From the NCBI GenBank assembly GCA_040954595.2, contig CM082598.2:7889097-7953096 (forward strand): DNA of 64,000 bases. Direction: 5' to 3'. The DNA comes from Balanoglossus misakiensis. Lineage: Eukaryota; Animalia; Hemichordata. The position numbers and the translations under genes are program-made. Below the pieces are notes generated by a model. It did no database searches. It was not told the origin of the DNA and saw only the letters and a list, made by a program, of their open reading frames with translations. Shown here piece after piece: positions 28,364-41,054 of the stretch. Position 1 is the stretch's first letter. Every line of letters begins with the position of its first letter.

Positions 28364-31300
28364 TCAAAAATACTGACGTTTAAACTGTTTGTACATGTTC
28401 TCTACTTCAGTTACATCTTTGACTGACCAGGCACGAAGCAAGGAGTCTTTTGGTTCTATGTCAATTTCTCTTAAGATAAATTTTGAGTCAATATTCGAAA
28501 CATCTGCTCGTGTTGGCCATTTAAATGAATTTGTACCTGTTCGAGACAGAAAGGTTGTTGTGACATTTTGACTTCCATCAGGATTTAAGTTAATATCTTT
28601 GATTTCACCTGCAAACCAACAATTTTCATAAGCTACAGCAATGTACATTCCAGCTTGTAATTGTCTCTGTACACCAAATTTCTGTACTTTCCTTTTTCTT
28701 GTTCTTTTTGATGTCTTTTTGAAGTTTTTCTTGTTAAGTGCCTGTTCAGTCTCAACTTTCTTTTTTCTTAAAGTATCATTTATCTCTTTGACGAAGTCTG
28801 GTAATTCACTGTTGTTTGCATGCATTATAGTTTTTAAGTTCTCTGTCAGTTGCTTAACAGTGAGTTTTCGTCCACTGTCTTGCCACTTAGACAGCTTTTT
28901 ATTTGGTAGACTATCTTTAAGGAGGGTTACTCTGTACATAATTTGGTCTTTAAGGGCCTTTGTTTGTTCGCTTAGTTTCATTTCTTGCAGCTTCCTATCT
29001 ACCTCAGGCTCATCTTCCCAAACCCCCCACTTATTTACAATTCTCTGCTCTAACTGGTGTCTTTTCTGCTGTTTTCTCTGTTTCTGCTTTTGTTTTTTTT
29101 CCATTCTTGATTTCTGTAATTCAAGTCTCTTCTTAATAAGATCTTTACTGTGCATGTATTCTCTTATTTTTCTTTTTGGTGCTTGCTTACGAGCTATCCG
29201 CAAATATTTCATTTTGATATGTTGTGGCAGCTTATGAAGATAAGCAGAAGTTTTATTTCTGCTGAAACAAATGACACCAGCCTTGGCTACTCTACTCTTT
29301 TGTGGTGCATGTCTAATCTGTCTGTCAAGGTCAGAGAAATCACTTTCTGATCGTATATTGGTCAGTGGTGCACTTTGAACCAGCTCGCACAGAATCTCAG
29401 ATGATTGACTCTCTAGCCCACCAGGGAGTTGGTTACCAAGCTGCCTTTCAATAACAGGTAGCATTGACTTGCAAAATGTTTGCAATGCATCCAATGTTAG
29501 CAAATCAAAATGCGTGTCTCGTTCTGTTGGAAACAGATTGGAATACAATTCATCTTTAGTGATGGTTGTGTCTGACAAGTAGAAGGTTTCATTCAGTAGG
29601 GGTGTTGCATCTGATGAATTATCAGCTAGGCAAGTTTTCAATTCTAACCAATGAACATTCATGTCATAATAATGTATATCCTTTCTTTCTAACAGTCGCA
29701 TTAGAGGACCAGTGATTAGTTTAGATATTATTCCAAGAGCTCTACATTCGGCCATCACAATGGATTCATCCAAAATTGCTTGAACATGACATATCAACTT
29801 ATTTGTTGACCCACAACGCCCAGACTTCAAGAAGTCAGAAATATGGTGTCTGTGATGATACACAGCAGCACCTTGATGAAAAGCAACATTGAATCTATTA
29901 TGTTCAAATGCTATTAAATACTGATTTTCTTTCACTTCATTCATATATGGGGCAAAATCAGTGTAAACACCTGATTTTTGACAACCAGAGTCAGTGAAGC
30001 CTTTGCTGGTTTGATATAACAGCGCAAAACAGTGTGACTGATTACCAAATGTTGACTTTTCTGTTTTCATCTGACTCCTGTGTTCATTTTCAAAGATTCC
30101 ACATGCTGTGCTCACTGCTGTAGCCATGTTACTTAAAACATGCATACCACATAGAAGATGGTTTACTTTTGTCATTTCCGATTTCTCATCATCACTTAAT
30201 TTATCCCAGTTTTCCTCAATGACTGGTAATAAAGTTTCTCTCAGTTCTTCCAATTTGCTCTTGTATTTTCTATTTACAACATGACGATCACTCATAATGT
30301 TTTTACTACGAAGGAGGAGTTGTGCATATATAGAAAATTTATCATTATCATCCTCAGCAATGGCTTCACTGAGCTCCTGAAATGTTAGTATTGTAGCATT
30401 CATGTAGTCATCGGCACTGCCACGCAAAAGTTCTTGAAATCCAAGAGATAGCGAGGATTTGTTTGGAAGTGTCACTTGCAGACCAGCATAGTCAATGAAT
30501 TTCTTTCTTGTGCCATCACTATGGAGGGTATTGTATTTTTCCTGTTCTAATATTTCTGTAGCAGCTTGGGCCTGTGCAACAACCAGTGCTTCTACCTGCA
30601 ACATTGATGTCAGTGATTTGCTTGGCAATCGTCCAACATCAATGTTCAGGAGATTTTTGATTACAGATTTCACAACTGATGTGCAGTTATCCACTGAAAC
30701 ATTATGTGATAGCAGATCATAATAGATCTGGCTTAATGTATCTGTGTATTTTCCATTTTCAAATGTTTTTATCTGATTGTCACTCATCATCTCTGTTACT
30801 CTTTCATGCAGTTCCTGGTTTTCATTTTCCAACTGCCTAACTTGATCCCTGGCTTCTCTTAATTCTATGGACTCTTGTTTATCTGCAGACTGGGCTTTCC
30901 TTTTCCAGTAACTTTTATTCTTTTGCAGATTAGTCTTTTCTTTTACTATTTGATGCAACTTTACTTTCAATTTCTCTGCTTCCTTTGTCATTAAATTCAT
31001 ATAACGTACTTGATCATCAATCACTTTCTTGTGTACTTGAATTTGGTGTTCCATCTTTGATATTTTCTCATCTCTTCTTTTTAGTTTCTTTGTTACATTT
31101 CTTGGTGCTAATGATGCCAGTTTTTCTTTGAGTTGTCTGATATCAATGATCTTCTTATTATACTTCAACTTCAGCTTATCTAGTTCTTTCATCTTCTCTA
31201 ACACTTCCAGCTTCTCTGAGCTAATTCTTCCATAGCTTCACCCAACATACTTATTTCTTGGTAACTGTCTATCAGACTGTTTGTCAAATTTCCCATCATC

Positions 31301-32028
31301 TTGTTTATATCTATGTTATCAGTGTCATGTTCACTTTCATGTTCAGTATTGTTACTGGTGTGTGATACACTGGCAGACACCTGATGCTGTGGCAGTTTGT
31401 ATAGTTGGTTCACAAAACTCTCAAGTTCACTTTGATGATTATTCATTTTCAGTTTCAAGTATTTATCGTGGAATCTTGTCCACTGTCGAGTAATTGCAGC
31501 TGGACTAAGTGCTGTTTCTACTTTCAATGACATAAACTGTCTCAGCCATTTCAAGGCATGATCCCAAGGAAGGTGGTGTGTGACAAGAACATTTCTCAAT
31601 TCCAGTATATGCTTGATTTGAAGGTTAATAGTGTTGTCCTGGCTATCTGAGAAACTGCAAGTGAGCAAAACCTGCTTGGTGATATTATTCTCACTGAAAA
31701 AATCTGACAACTTCCTCTCTGCCTGGCCTGAAATAATGGTGCTGAGTATTCCGTCTTCATTTCCTTCTCTTTCACCTTTCTCTACTCTCTTCCTAACTTG
31801 CCTTGTTAAATTACTTATTTTTGCTGGCAAAATGATGTCAGGATCAAACAGTTTAATGATGTGAGGTAAAGCCTGTTGAATATTAATTCAGGTTGCCTGC
31901 AGCCCATCGTGTAAACTTAGATACAGGTTGTAGGTCAGTGGAACCTCACAATTAATATCAGCTAAAGTCTTCTGTCCTGTCACTAAGCTGTCGAGATTGT
32001 CCCTTATCTTAAGTAGTACTGTTTCCAT
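28364..32028 (-). pseudogene. Large (~1,220-codon) DDE transposase, hAT-like with CxxH insertion domain; one nonsense codon and one frameshift
   Basis: ATG 32028 (METVLLK), in-frame TGA at 31888-90, 1-nt frameshift near 31217 joins the 946-aa ORF. Coiled coil, then TLHSDGTRK (D), NIMSDRH (D), CGMH (CxxH), TNIRSESDFSDLD (E), and a C-terminal Tudor/SH3-like GMYIAVAY...WF.G...FKWP segment. TIRs not resolved. Confidence 0.75.
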
Positions 32029-33324
32029 ATTTCTAATGGGGGAAAAATACAAGGTGACTGAATTTTTAAATAATTCTATGTCACTGACTAAGAACCCCAA
32101 GGAAATTATATTGAAAGACTCAAAAACCTACTTTGTGATCTTAAAAAAATGACCCCCAAAATAAAAATAAAATTTGTTCAGTACGAATTTATCCCAGGAG
32201 AGGGCTAAATACAATAAAAGAGAAATATGAACGAATGCAAAGGGGAAAAGCAAGACTAGACTGCTGACATGAGAAGGAAAAAAAATGCTGTCATGGCAAC
32301 ACCGAGCTCGCTCACCAGCTGACACTTTTGTATGCATCAACGAAAATTTACTTCAAAGCTTTGAAAACACGTCTATTTTTATTATGCTTGCAAAATTAAT
32401 AGAAGATATGTCCCTCATAACAAGCTAAATTTGGTATCGCAACATAACAAAAAGTATCGCGTTGACATCAGTGCCGTAAATATAAAAATGACAGTTCACC
32501 ATTCACTCACACTACATGAAATGATAAACAAGTTTGAACTTTTTCATCGCCGAAAAATCCATTCAAATACAATCATGCTTTGAAATTTAGCATTTTATGA
32601 CCTGTAGATGCAAGTTTCTATCAAACTTTTCCGTGTTTTTCGTAATTCTGTACATTTACAGCATAGAAAATGCCGAGCGCAAAAAAAAGATCGCGTCAAC
32701 ATGTTTGTTGATATCCCGTTCGGCCATCTTGACCTAGTTTCGGCGGGTAATTCCCCGCGACCGCACTGACACGGAAATTTATTGCCGGTAAAAAACGGTG
32801 AGCTCGTCAGTAAAATATCATTCCCCTAATTTTTAAAACAACATGAAACGATAAAAATCCTGGATATATGCGTTTATGAATTTTACATACCGTATTTACG
32901 AAAGAAAAAACTTGACAAAACCTTTGACCCGCGCTGATGAATATATAGTAGCAGTGATTTCTTATGAAACTCGTATCATATTATAGCTTGTTTTATTGGC
33001 TATAATTTGGTGTACTGTTGAAAGACTTTCAACGATTGGCTCATCCTTTGCTTTTCCGTTTTCCGTCCGCCACCCCTCACTTTTTAGGGCCATGCGCACA
33101 AGAGACGGCACATTGGGGGTCATCGGCGATATTTTCCAGGGGGAGTACTAATCATGCATTGACCGTACAGAAGTTTTCACATGTTCTATTGAGCGAGAAT
33201 GACTCTGCTTCATTATTTAGCATAAAATTATTATTGTACGACGCCAAAAAATTGAAAAACGGCGACTTTAAAATCTCCAAAAATTTACTGTGGGGGAGAG
33301 TTCGAACGGCCGCCATATTGGATT

Positions 33325-33560
33325 CTGTATGTATGTATGGATGGATGTATGGATGTATGTCCGTCCACATCAAAAACTTGAAAACCACTGCGTGTATCAC
33401 CTTGATATTTGGTGTGCAGATGCAGGCTGGGCTGTAGATGGGAGTTTGTTCAAATGAAGTTGTCGTTGCCAAAATACACAAATTAGCTGGAAAAATGTGA
33501 ATTTAGTCAAAACTCAGTAACTCAAGAACTACTGGTCAGATTGCTTTGCGAAGTAGTGTG
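33325..33560 (-). mobile_element. Helentron/HINE-like non-autonomous repeat fragment
   Basis: Reverse-complement match to 37050-37250; (gtat/ggat)n microsatellite end. Confidence 0.6.
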
Positions 33561-33990
33561 TATTTACTTTATTGAGTTGTTTATATACACAGCAAATTCC
33601 TGAATGATTACATAACTGGCTAAGTTTTAAAGAGGCCAGCTGTTCTATTTAGTGTATGTATAGTACATATGCTATTGGCAGCTTATGGGTCAGTCAGTGC
33701 TTGCCCATTGATCTCTTGCTATGTGTGTGTGTGTGTGTCTGTCTGTCTGTCTGTATATCGCCATGTACTCCGGTGTAGACTTTTTCTTGTGTATTCCCTC
33801 AATGGGACCACTGTGTCCTTGACGCGATTTTTATTATGTTTGATACAAGAGACATTTTATATTAATGTACATGTGTATATGTAGTTAATGAACGTTCAAC
33901 CATACACAATTTCCATCCCACTTGAATGATATGAGCATAAAAACTCGCATAAAATGAATAAATGATAGAGACCGATTATCGGCGTGTGTT

Positions 33991-34763
33991 CAGGCCTCGA
34001 AAATTTTTTCACAAATTCACTTGCCACAGGGCAAGTGACTTTACAATTTCACTTGTCCTTCAGAAAATTACACTTGCCCTTCAATTTGACAATTTTTTCA
34101 TATCCATACAGTATGTGTATTTCGGCGTGCATGTGCAATACTGCAATATTGGCCTTTGAAAAATTAATAAGAATTTCCAAGCTAAAAAGTGGCAATATGT
34201 CAAAAAATTCTATAAATCCAAGACATATTTGAATTGAAAAATAAAATGCCCCTCCTTGAATGGGCATGTGAGTGACCCTTTGATGTAAGCATGCAATAGG
34301 AATAATACTGTCTTAACCCAGTCTAAATCCAGAAATATGCAGTGAAATCTATATTGAAACTCCCATCAGAAGATGTCTTTTCAACAAAACCTAGGACTGC
34401 TGATACCTATGGTGGCGATCAGTCAGTTTCAGCATGGTTTCAGAAGCAGCTGTTTAAGCATAGGCCCTAGTCTCATAGGCCATCAGCATGTTACAATGTT
34501 GTAGGTAAAAACTAAAATGTATCTAAGTCAAACGCGTCCGCGTCCGTAAACTAAGTTTGCAACTTTGTAGATAAAGGTCGTAAGGTCATCCATTGTACTT
34601 GGCAGACGGTACAAGTAATCACCATGGTGTAAACCACGATCTCGCACGTTTAGTACAGGGTAAAGGTCACTTGCCCGTCGGACAAAAGACTTTTATTTTT
34701 CACTTGTCCGGGCTAAAAATACACTTGCCACGGGCGTCGGGCGATAGGAATTATCTAGGCCTG
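33991..34763. mobile_element. hAT-type MITE
   Basis: CAGGCCT...AGGCCTG termini, 'cacttgcc' subterminal repeats, imperfect 8-bp flanks (cgtgtgtt / agtgtttt). Confidence 0.55.
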
Positions 34764-35137
34764 AGTGTTTTTTTATCACTCTGGTGGCTACAAGCAGGGT
34801 TGAAGTTGTGTGTGGTGAAACATTGATTCACTATATATCCACATGTAGAATAACAGAAATGGTGCCCTGTAACAAACCTAATTCATGGAAAAGGGGCAGC
34901 GAAAGAGACAAATTTTCCCCGTAAGGACACCTCTCTATTAAGGACACATTTTGTGGTCCCAGAGGTGTCCTTCCTAGGCAGGTTTCAATGTACTTCACAC
35001 GTTAGTTGTACTCAACTGTCTGTATGGAATCATTCCCTGATTGACATGGTGAGCTTTACAAAAACAGATAAACTACCAAAAAAGTCAGGGCCATATGTAG
35101 AGAATGATCTTGAAACTCAGAATATTACCATAATTAC

Positions 35138-35236
35138 CTTGAATATCGTAAACTCTTCATATTGTCAAATAACTGCAATGCAGTACTCACACCTTCAGAA
35201 ATCATACCATATTTCTCACCTGCTCCTGACAACAAT
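35138..35236 (-). pseudogene. MED25: Most 5' recognisable MED25 exon ([32 protein letters not shown])
   Basis: tttcag|A...AG|gtaatt; matches MED25 [30 protein letters not shown]; phase 2 fits the exon at 21079. Confidence 0.88.
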
Positions 35237-35397
35237 CTGAAATACAACAACAATCATTTAACAAAAGGTGTATGTAAACAGCGTCTACTCTGATTGTAGA
35301 CAGATTTGATTAAACATTTTATGAAACATTTAAAGGTAGGAACGTCTAATAAAAGCAAGTGAGTCAAAAGTCAAAAAGAGCGACTTTATCCCTTTAA

Positions 35398-35482
35398 CCC
35401 TTTCACCCCAAGTTCCTTCTATACAGGTCGAACCTTTTAATGGAAATCAATGGGATTGGACTGAACCTTGGTTGTGAAAGGG
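35398..35482. mobile_element. piggyBac-type MITE (85 bp)
   Basis: TTAA|CCCTTTCAC...GTGAAAGGG|TTAA; relatives at ~12360-12435 and the split copy 21145-21178/25861-25920. Confidence 0.75.
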
Positions 35483-36499
35483 TTAATGGGCTTCCATAAT
35501 TAGTGTTCTTTAAAAATAGAGGGTGGTACTTAGGGGTTATTACACTAAATTTGGTGAGAACACTAGAAAGTGGCAAATACAGGCTCTGCATGTATGATAA
35601 TAAAGACAATTACCCTTCTGCTTTAGAATCATCACCATTAAGCTATATTGCTTGTATCCGCATCAGTTTATCATCTTTTGCTAATGCATAACACGACTGT
35701 TGTGTACTCTTTGAATGGAGGCTGATTAAATCGGTGTGACACCCATTTGAAATGACACTAAATAACACAAAACTACAATTTGTGTGTGCGCAAATATTTT
35801 GTCACAGTTGTGTGACATGCGCACACAAAAAAATCCATTGAAAGATAACAGCGGGCGAGGCTATCTGGGGCGCCTTGTCAAGGTTGGCCGGTCAGGCGCC
35901 CTGTACACATGTACGCGTACGCGCGCTTGTATGCTGTAGCAGGACGCACAATGATGTACGTGCGGTAACCTAGGCCACAAACTTTACACGTGTCAGGGCT
36001 ATAATTTATGCACACAGAAGGCATTAGATATAACAAAGCAAGTAGGGCTTCTGGGTCATTTTCCTTGATGCTATAACACAAGAATTCCACACCTTGTCTG
36101 TACTAATGCATATCGGGGGGGGGGGACCACTTGCAACAAGATCTCTTTCATGATGTTTATGTACTTTATTCGCTACATTGTAAATAATTTTTTTTTGTTG
36201 GGCCATCTAGACATGAAGGGAGAACTCATTCAAGTATGTTTATCTGAAAGCCTGCTTGTCTATCGCTATTTTGTTGCACGTAATTCAAATACAATTTCCC
36301 GAAAAAAAATTTGGCTCTTTGCGTGCACTGCACGTAAAAAATAAAATATCAAACGCAAGCCCTGTAGAAATTCCAAATTACTATGATATGATTCCATAAT
36401 AATTCTAAAGAAGCCAATCCCATTAACTTAGAACTCAAATTTAGAGAAATCAGCCATACAGTGTACACTTTCTGAGAAATATAATTTTTTATCAAAATT

Positions 36500-37296
36500 G
36501 GTAAATATACCCCCAAAATACAAGACATTGCCCCCACAAAACATTGACACTTTCATCATAGGTTTTGTAAATCATCATGACAACTCACCATGGAACCTTC
36601 AAATCAAATTTCAAAGCAATGGGGTAGAGAGTTCTGAGAAAGAGTTTTGACCAAAAATGGCAAAAATCACCCCAAAAATATACTATTGAATTCTACAAGT
36701 TGATTTGACAAACACACATCTCTATGCCTACCAAATTTCAAAGCAATCTGACAAGTGGTTTTACAGAAAAAAAATTGATCAAAAAGGCAAAATTTGCACC
36801 AAAATTATAAATTTGCAAATTTTGCAGCAATTTAAACAAAACTTTGATAACTCACATCACCTATATGAATACCCATACTAAATTTCAAAGAAGTCAGATC
36901 ATCAATTCCAGAAAAGTAGATTTTTTACCAAAAATGTGGAAAAAGACAAAAAAATGCATAAATTATAGAACATTAAAACTATTAGTTCAAAACACACACA
37001 ACTGTGTGAGGTTATTATAAGGTACATGCATACCAATTTTCAAATCAATATGACCAGTGGTTGTTGAGTTTCTGAGTTTTGGGCAAATTTACGTTTTTCC
37101 CAACTAATTTGCATATTTTTGGCAATGATAACTTCATTTGAACAAACTCCCATCTACAGCCCTGCCTGCATCTGCACACCAAATATCGAGGTTATATGCG
37201 CAGCGGTTTTCAAGTTTTTGATGTGAACGGACATACATCCATACAGACGCAACCAATCTCATAAGGTCCCACTAGTATATACAAATGGGACCTAAT
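36500..37296 (+). mobile_element. Helentron/HINE-like non-autonomous element
   Basis: Subrepeated body, acggacatacatccatacagac tract, terminal stem ggtccca...tgggacc. Confidence 0.55.
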
Positions 37297-38484
37297 GATA
37301 TTTGGGTGCAACTTGTAGACTGCATCATATATATATTGTTTCGTCGCCCAAATTGTGTGTGTGTGTGGGGGGGGGGGGTGTTCCCAATGTGCCCTTCCTA
37401 TGATATCTGCAATAATTGTAGCCTAGATGGGATGATTGATCAAGCCCGTCAGCGATCAACCAGCCCACCAAAGCTATAATTATTGCACCTAATCCTATGA
37501 TAGCTGGATCCATAGGGTAAACTGTACAAAACAAATAAGTGTCAGTATAAAATGTGGTAACTTTTGGCGTTTGTTTCTTCCCAGTTGAATTTCGACATCG
37601 CAAAGTGATTTCAGATGTCAGTTTATATTTATAATAACATTGCTGCCACTAAGAAATATGAATGAAGTTGCACAGTTCATATAAACATTACACCACTGGC
37701 AACTGTGCTATATCATGCCACTTTTATGACCCCTTTTGACCTCTACATCCTGGCTTTTTGTCGGTGTGAGTATACAATTTCGAGTTTACCAACCATGCTA
37801 TTGAATCAATGCACTTTTTCTCATCCTTGAACAAAACTGGTGAACATTGCCTGTTAGAAAACGTTAGCTGTTCAACACTGAATGATGAATGATGTCATAC
37901 CTCAAACCACCAGGATGTAAGGTCACACAGGGGTCATGAAAGAGGCCTGTAAGATACTATTGTTCTCTGCCCACTTTCTAACCCTGTTGTCACTACCAGC
38001 AGCAGGAATGGGACAGGGGTCCAGGCTATATCTATAGGACTGTTTGCTAACATCATGTGTGTTTACTTGAGTAAGTTGGGTACTATAAAAGGAATTGTCA
38101 CTATTACTGTAGGGGGAGACATGAGTCTACCTGGTTGATTTATATTTTACATGTTGTGCTTAGATTAATAGAAATAATTTGGGCATGGTTACTTAGGAAC
38201 ACTTCCATAACTAGTCTGCATTTTGCCTCTGCCAAATAGTAAAGAAAAAACACCAGAGAATAGGCAGAGTAGAAACTAAACTGCACTCTCCTAAATATAA
38301 AATGGTTTACCCCTAAGTCTAATGTGATGCATAGTGTGATTCAATTTGTGTCAATAACATTGCAACCACATCAGTGTTCAGTGAAAACAGTATGTGACAT
38401 ACTTTTCCACCTGACCAAATCTATTAGAAACACATTTTTTAAAGAAATTGTTTTAAAGGGGCAGCTGCTATGACATTTGGGATT

Positions 38485-38920
38485 AATAGAATCTCACACT
38501 CCCAAGGGATATTTCTCACAGGAGTTGGGGATTTTCTGTCCCACACGAGCCTGCGGCTCGTGTGGGACAAAATATCCCCGACGAGTGTGAGAAATATGAT
38601 CCCAGGTCCTTGGTGTGTGAGATTATATTTCTCACACGGTCACAAATTAGCCAAATTCGTTAAAACATTGAATAAATGTCGTCTGGGGGCACGTTATAGT
38701 TCTGTGCCAGTAATACACATCGCGCCATTGGATAACATTTAGTGTGCGAAGAGAAAGAACTCTTTGTCAACCAATCAGCGCTCGCGTCATATACAGCTTT
38801 CGATTCAGTGAGAGTGTGAGAATAATAGAATCTCACACTCCCAAGGACCTGAGATCGTATTTCTCACACTCGTCGGGGATATCCTATCCCACACTCCCAG
38901 CGGCCAGGAGTGTGAGAAAT
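38485..38920. repeat. Small repeat element with direct and inverted modules (unclassified, possibly Crypton-derived)
   Basis: 'taatagaatctcacactcccaagg' at 38485 and 38823; hairpin tcccacacgagc-ctgcg-gctcgtgtggga; inverted gagtgtgaga motifs. Confidence 0.5.
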
Positions 38921-38926
38921 TAAATA

Positions 38927-39103
38927 CAGTAAAACCTGTCTGAACCGAACACTGAAGGCACTGAAGAAATTGTTCAGTTTACAGACATTTCCAGTTTGTA
39001 AAGGTTCTTTTTACATGTGATTCTATGTCGAAGGGACTGAAAAGGTGTTCAGTATAGACAGGTTTCCAGATTAGACAGGGTTTGGTTTTGACAGGTTTTA
39101 CTG
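38927..39103. mobile_element. pogo/Tigger-like MITE
   Basis: TA|CAGTAAAACCTGTC...GACAGGTTTTACTG; a related fragment lies at ~12457-12510. Confidence 0.7.
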
Positions 39104-40198
39104 AAGGTTGAAAATTAATTCTATGTGGCCACTGAAGATTCTTGTGCTACTCCCAACAATATGTTGAAACCCACAATTTATGTATAAAATACCATCCACT
39201 AAATATTTAAATCATGTCACCAAAAACATTTTACTCTAAATAAATAAATATATTCTATAAAAACATATTTTTTAGACATGTTGCATATTTACGTAACAGT
39301 AGTAAAAAACTGTGAATGATAACATTACACATTCACGGGCTATGTTGACAAGTGAAGTATAAATGGGTATATTAACATGCTGTTTGGAGTAGAACAAGAA
39401 ATTCCCATTGATACTCAGAACAAAAATATATGTTCATCAATTAAAGCCAAAAGTTACAGCTAATGTCCCGTTAAGTGCATCACCCACTTTGGACAGCCAT
39501 TGTAATTCAGAAAACTTCTGGAGCAGTGAATAAATCCTACTATACCTAGTCTATCAGAAGTTTTTTTCATTATAAAAATCGAGCTAGTTGCTTTAAAAAA
39601 AAATGAGACACTACTTTGCACAATAGTTATGAGAGCTTGCATTCACACAGATTTGAGACAGACATCTCAAAGCGTTAACAAAAAAACATAGAGAATACTG
39701 TTTTTGCGAAGGTAATTTAAATTGCTTGTTACATGATAGTAGTGAAAACAACGGTGACATTGAAGTAACCGAAATGTTCTCCTATATCAAGCTTTCAGAG
39801 ATAATTAACAGAGAAATGTTTATTTCAAAAAGTGAATGTCTTATTTTTTAGCTTATACAGTCACAATATGTAATAGAGGGACTGTGAGATAGTGCACTGG
39901 TTTGGCTGTTGTTTCACTACAGATTTTTGTGGTGGGGGTCACGAATGGGTCTATGATGGGGGAAACCAGAATAGAACCCCCCCCACCCTCCCCCTAGCTG
40001 TGTTTCCATAGAGATAATGTAGTACTAAATGTGACATTATTATATGACTCTGAAGGTCACATAGCTCTGCGTACAGGTCTGTGTGTTCCCGGCTGTATGC
40101 AGAGCTAAAGGTCACACAGAGAAACCACACGACAGAGATCTCACCATCTCAAAAAGCTGACTCTGAAAAGCATGTAAAAAGAAGTAAGACTGACTTAC

Positions 40199-40248
40199 CT
40201 GCAAGGAGGACCTGTGTCACACATCTCTGCCCGCCAAGGTCTTGTCAT
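40199..40248 (-). other. Candidate first coding exon (MTRPWRAEMCDTGPPCR) in a CpG-rich region; not MED25-like
   Basis: ATG at 40248, consensus donor CAG|gtaagt at 40199, phase 2; CpG-rich 40200-40860 looks promoter-like. Confidence 0.3.
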
Positions 40249-41054
40249 TGACCCTGGCGATGTCTGTCATGTAGTCTTGCTCCAGGTCCAAGACTATAGA
40301 ACGTCCTGTGGACGCGATGTTAATCACACTGGCGGCGCGTTGTACTGTTCCTTTCCTTTATCGACAGGCACAGCGACTGCCATAAAGCCATGTCATCACC
40401 GAACTCTCATCATATCTGATATACTTCCCTTGCCGGTCGGGGCAACACCGACGTCACGATAAAACGTCGTAGGTTCCGTGGCAACACCGTAGCTACAGCC
40501 TGATCTGAGTGACGGCAACTGATCCAGGATCTCAATCACTCACCCGGCTCTGTCAGTGTCATGGCTCTCTCTCTCAACTACGGTGCGACCTGTGATGACG
40601 ACCACCTCGCAAAGTTCTGCCAAGCGCCGCCGCGTCCCATGTAGAAAGGTTGCGAAACCCTTTGAAAACACTGCCAAGAATGCTCCATTATCCGAAATAT
40701 ATATGTTCTTTCACTGACGTCTCCACTCATGAGAAATTTAAAAAAGGGGCGTAACACGCTGTTGTAAAAGATCAGCTGATTCGCGACCAAAACATTCACG
40801 ATTGACCCTTGACCTAGGATAGTCCTGTACCCTCGATCCAGCGCCAGCTAAGTTGGCGTTGTTAAAATAATTATTAGGTAAACAGCCATCACTATAAGCT
40901 ATAGATGTAATTCAGTAAACCAAAATCTTTAAAAATATATGTTGTCAAGAACAATTTATAGACCAAGGCCATGGCCAGAGGTACATCCGAAAAATACCAA
41001 CTGTACATGGTTATTCTTACATAACCTTTGACCCCGATTTGTAAACAGTGCCGC

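Larger units (their letters stand above)
26792..34920. mobile_element. Kolobok-type non-autonomous element ends (TTAA|AGGGACAAAGTC family) enclosing nested inserts
   Basis: TTAA+AGGGACAAAGTCTCTCTCTCGCTGCCC at 26788; degenerate inverted end (gggcagcgaaagagac...cccc) at ~34895-34920; family body pieces at 33800-33990; same family at 51338, 52280-52491 and 54577. Confidence 0.55.
26676..34990. mobile_element. pogo/Tigger-like MITE split by ~8.1 kb of nested insertions
   Basis: TA|CAGTGAAACCTG at 26676 and CAGGTTTCAATG|TA at 34990; 'aggacacctctct' subrepeats on both sides of the insertion. Confidence 0.7.
4127..35236 (-). pseudogene. MED25: MED25 (Mediator complex subunit 25) unprocessed pseudogene, 5'-truncated, with nonsense codons and a frameshift
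   Basis: GT-AG exons, mostly phase-consistent: 35236-35138, 21079-20959, 20499-20346, 19814-~19340, 17224-16974, 16570-16387, 15707-15559, 15063-14906, 12632-12525, 5817-5586, 4386-4127. Translations match MED25 VWA motifs ([45 protein letters not shown]) and ACID motifs (VVWHRALEWQE; LGAMFRNSRTVEFQF...LFRIMSGGF), followed by a Q-rich tail. In-frame stops at 20416-18, 19579-81, 17142-44 and three in 5586-5817; frameshift in 15063-14906. Confidence 0.9.

Noticed and set aside
28641-29237. 198-aa Phe/Cys/Leu-rich plus-strand ORF
   Set aside because: Antisense to the Lys-rich part of the transposase.
37780-38030. Possible upstream MED25 exons on the minus strand (splice-like signals)
   Set aside because: No frame resembles the MED25 N-terminal VWA sequence, and a consistent exon chain could not be built.
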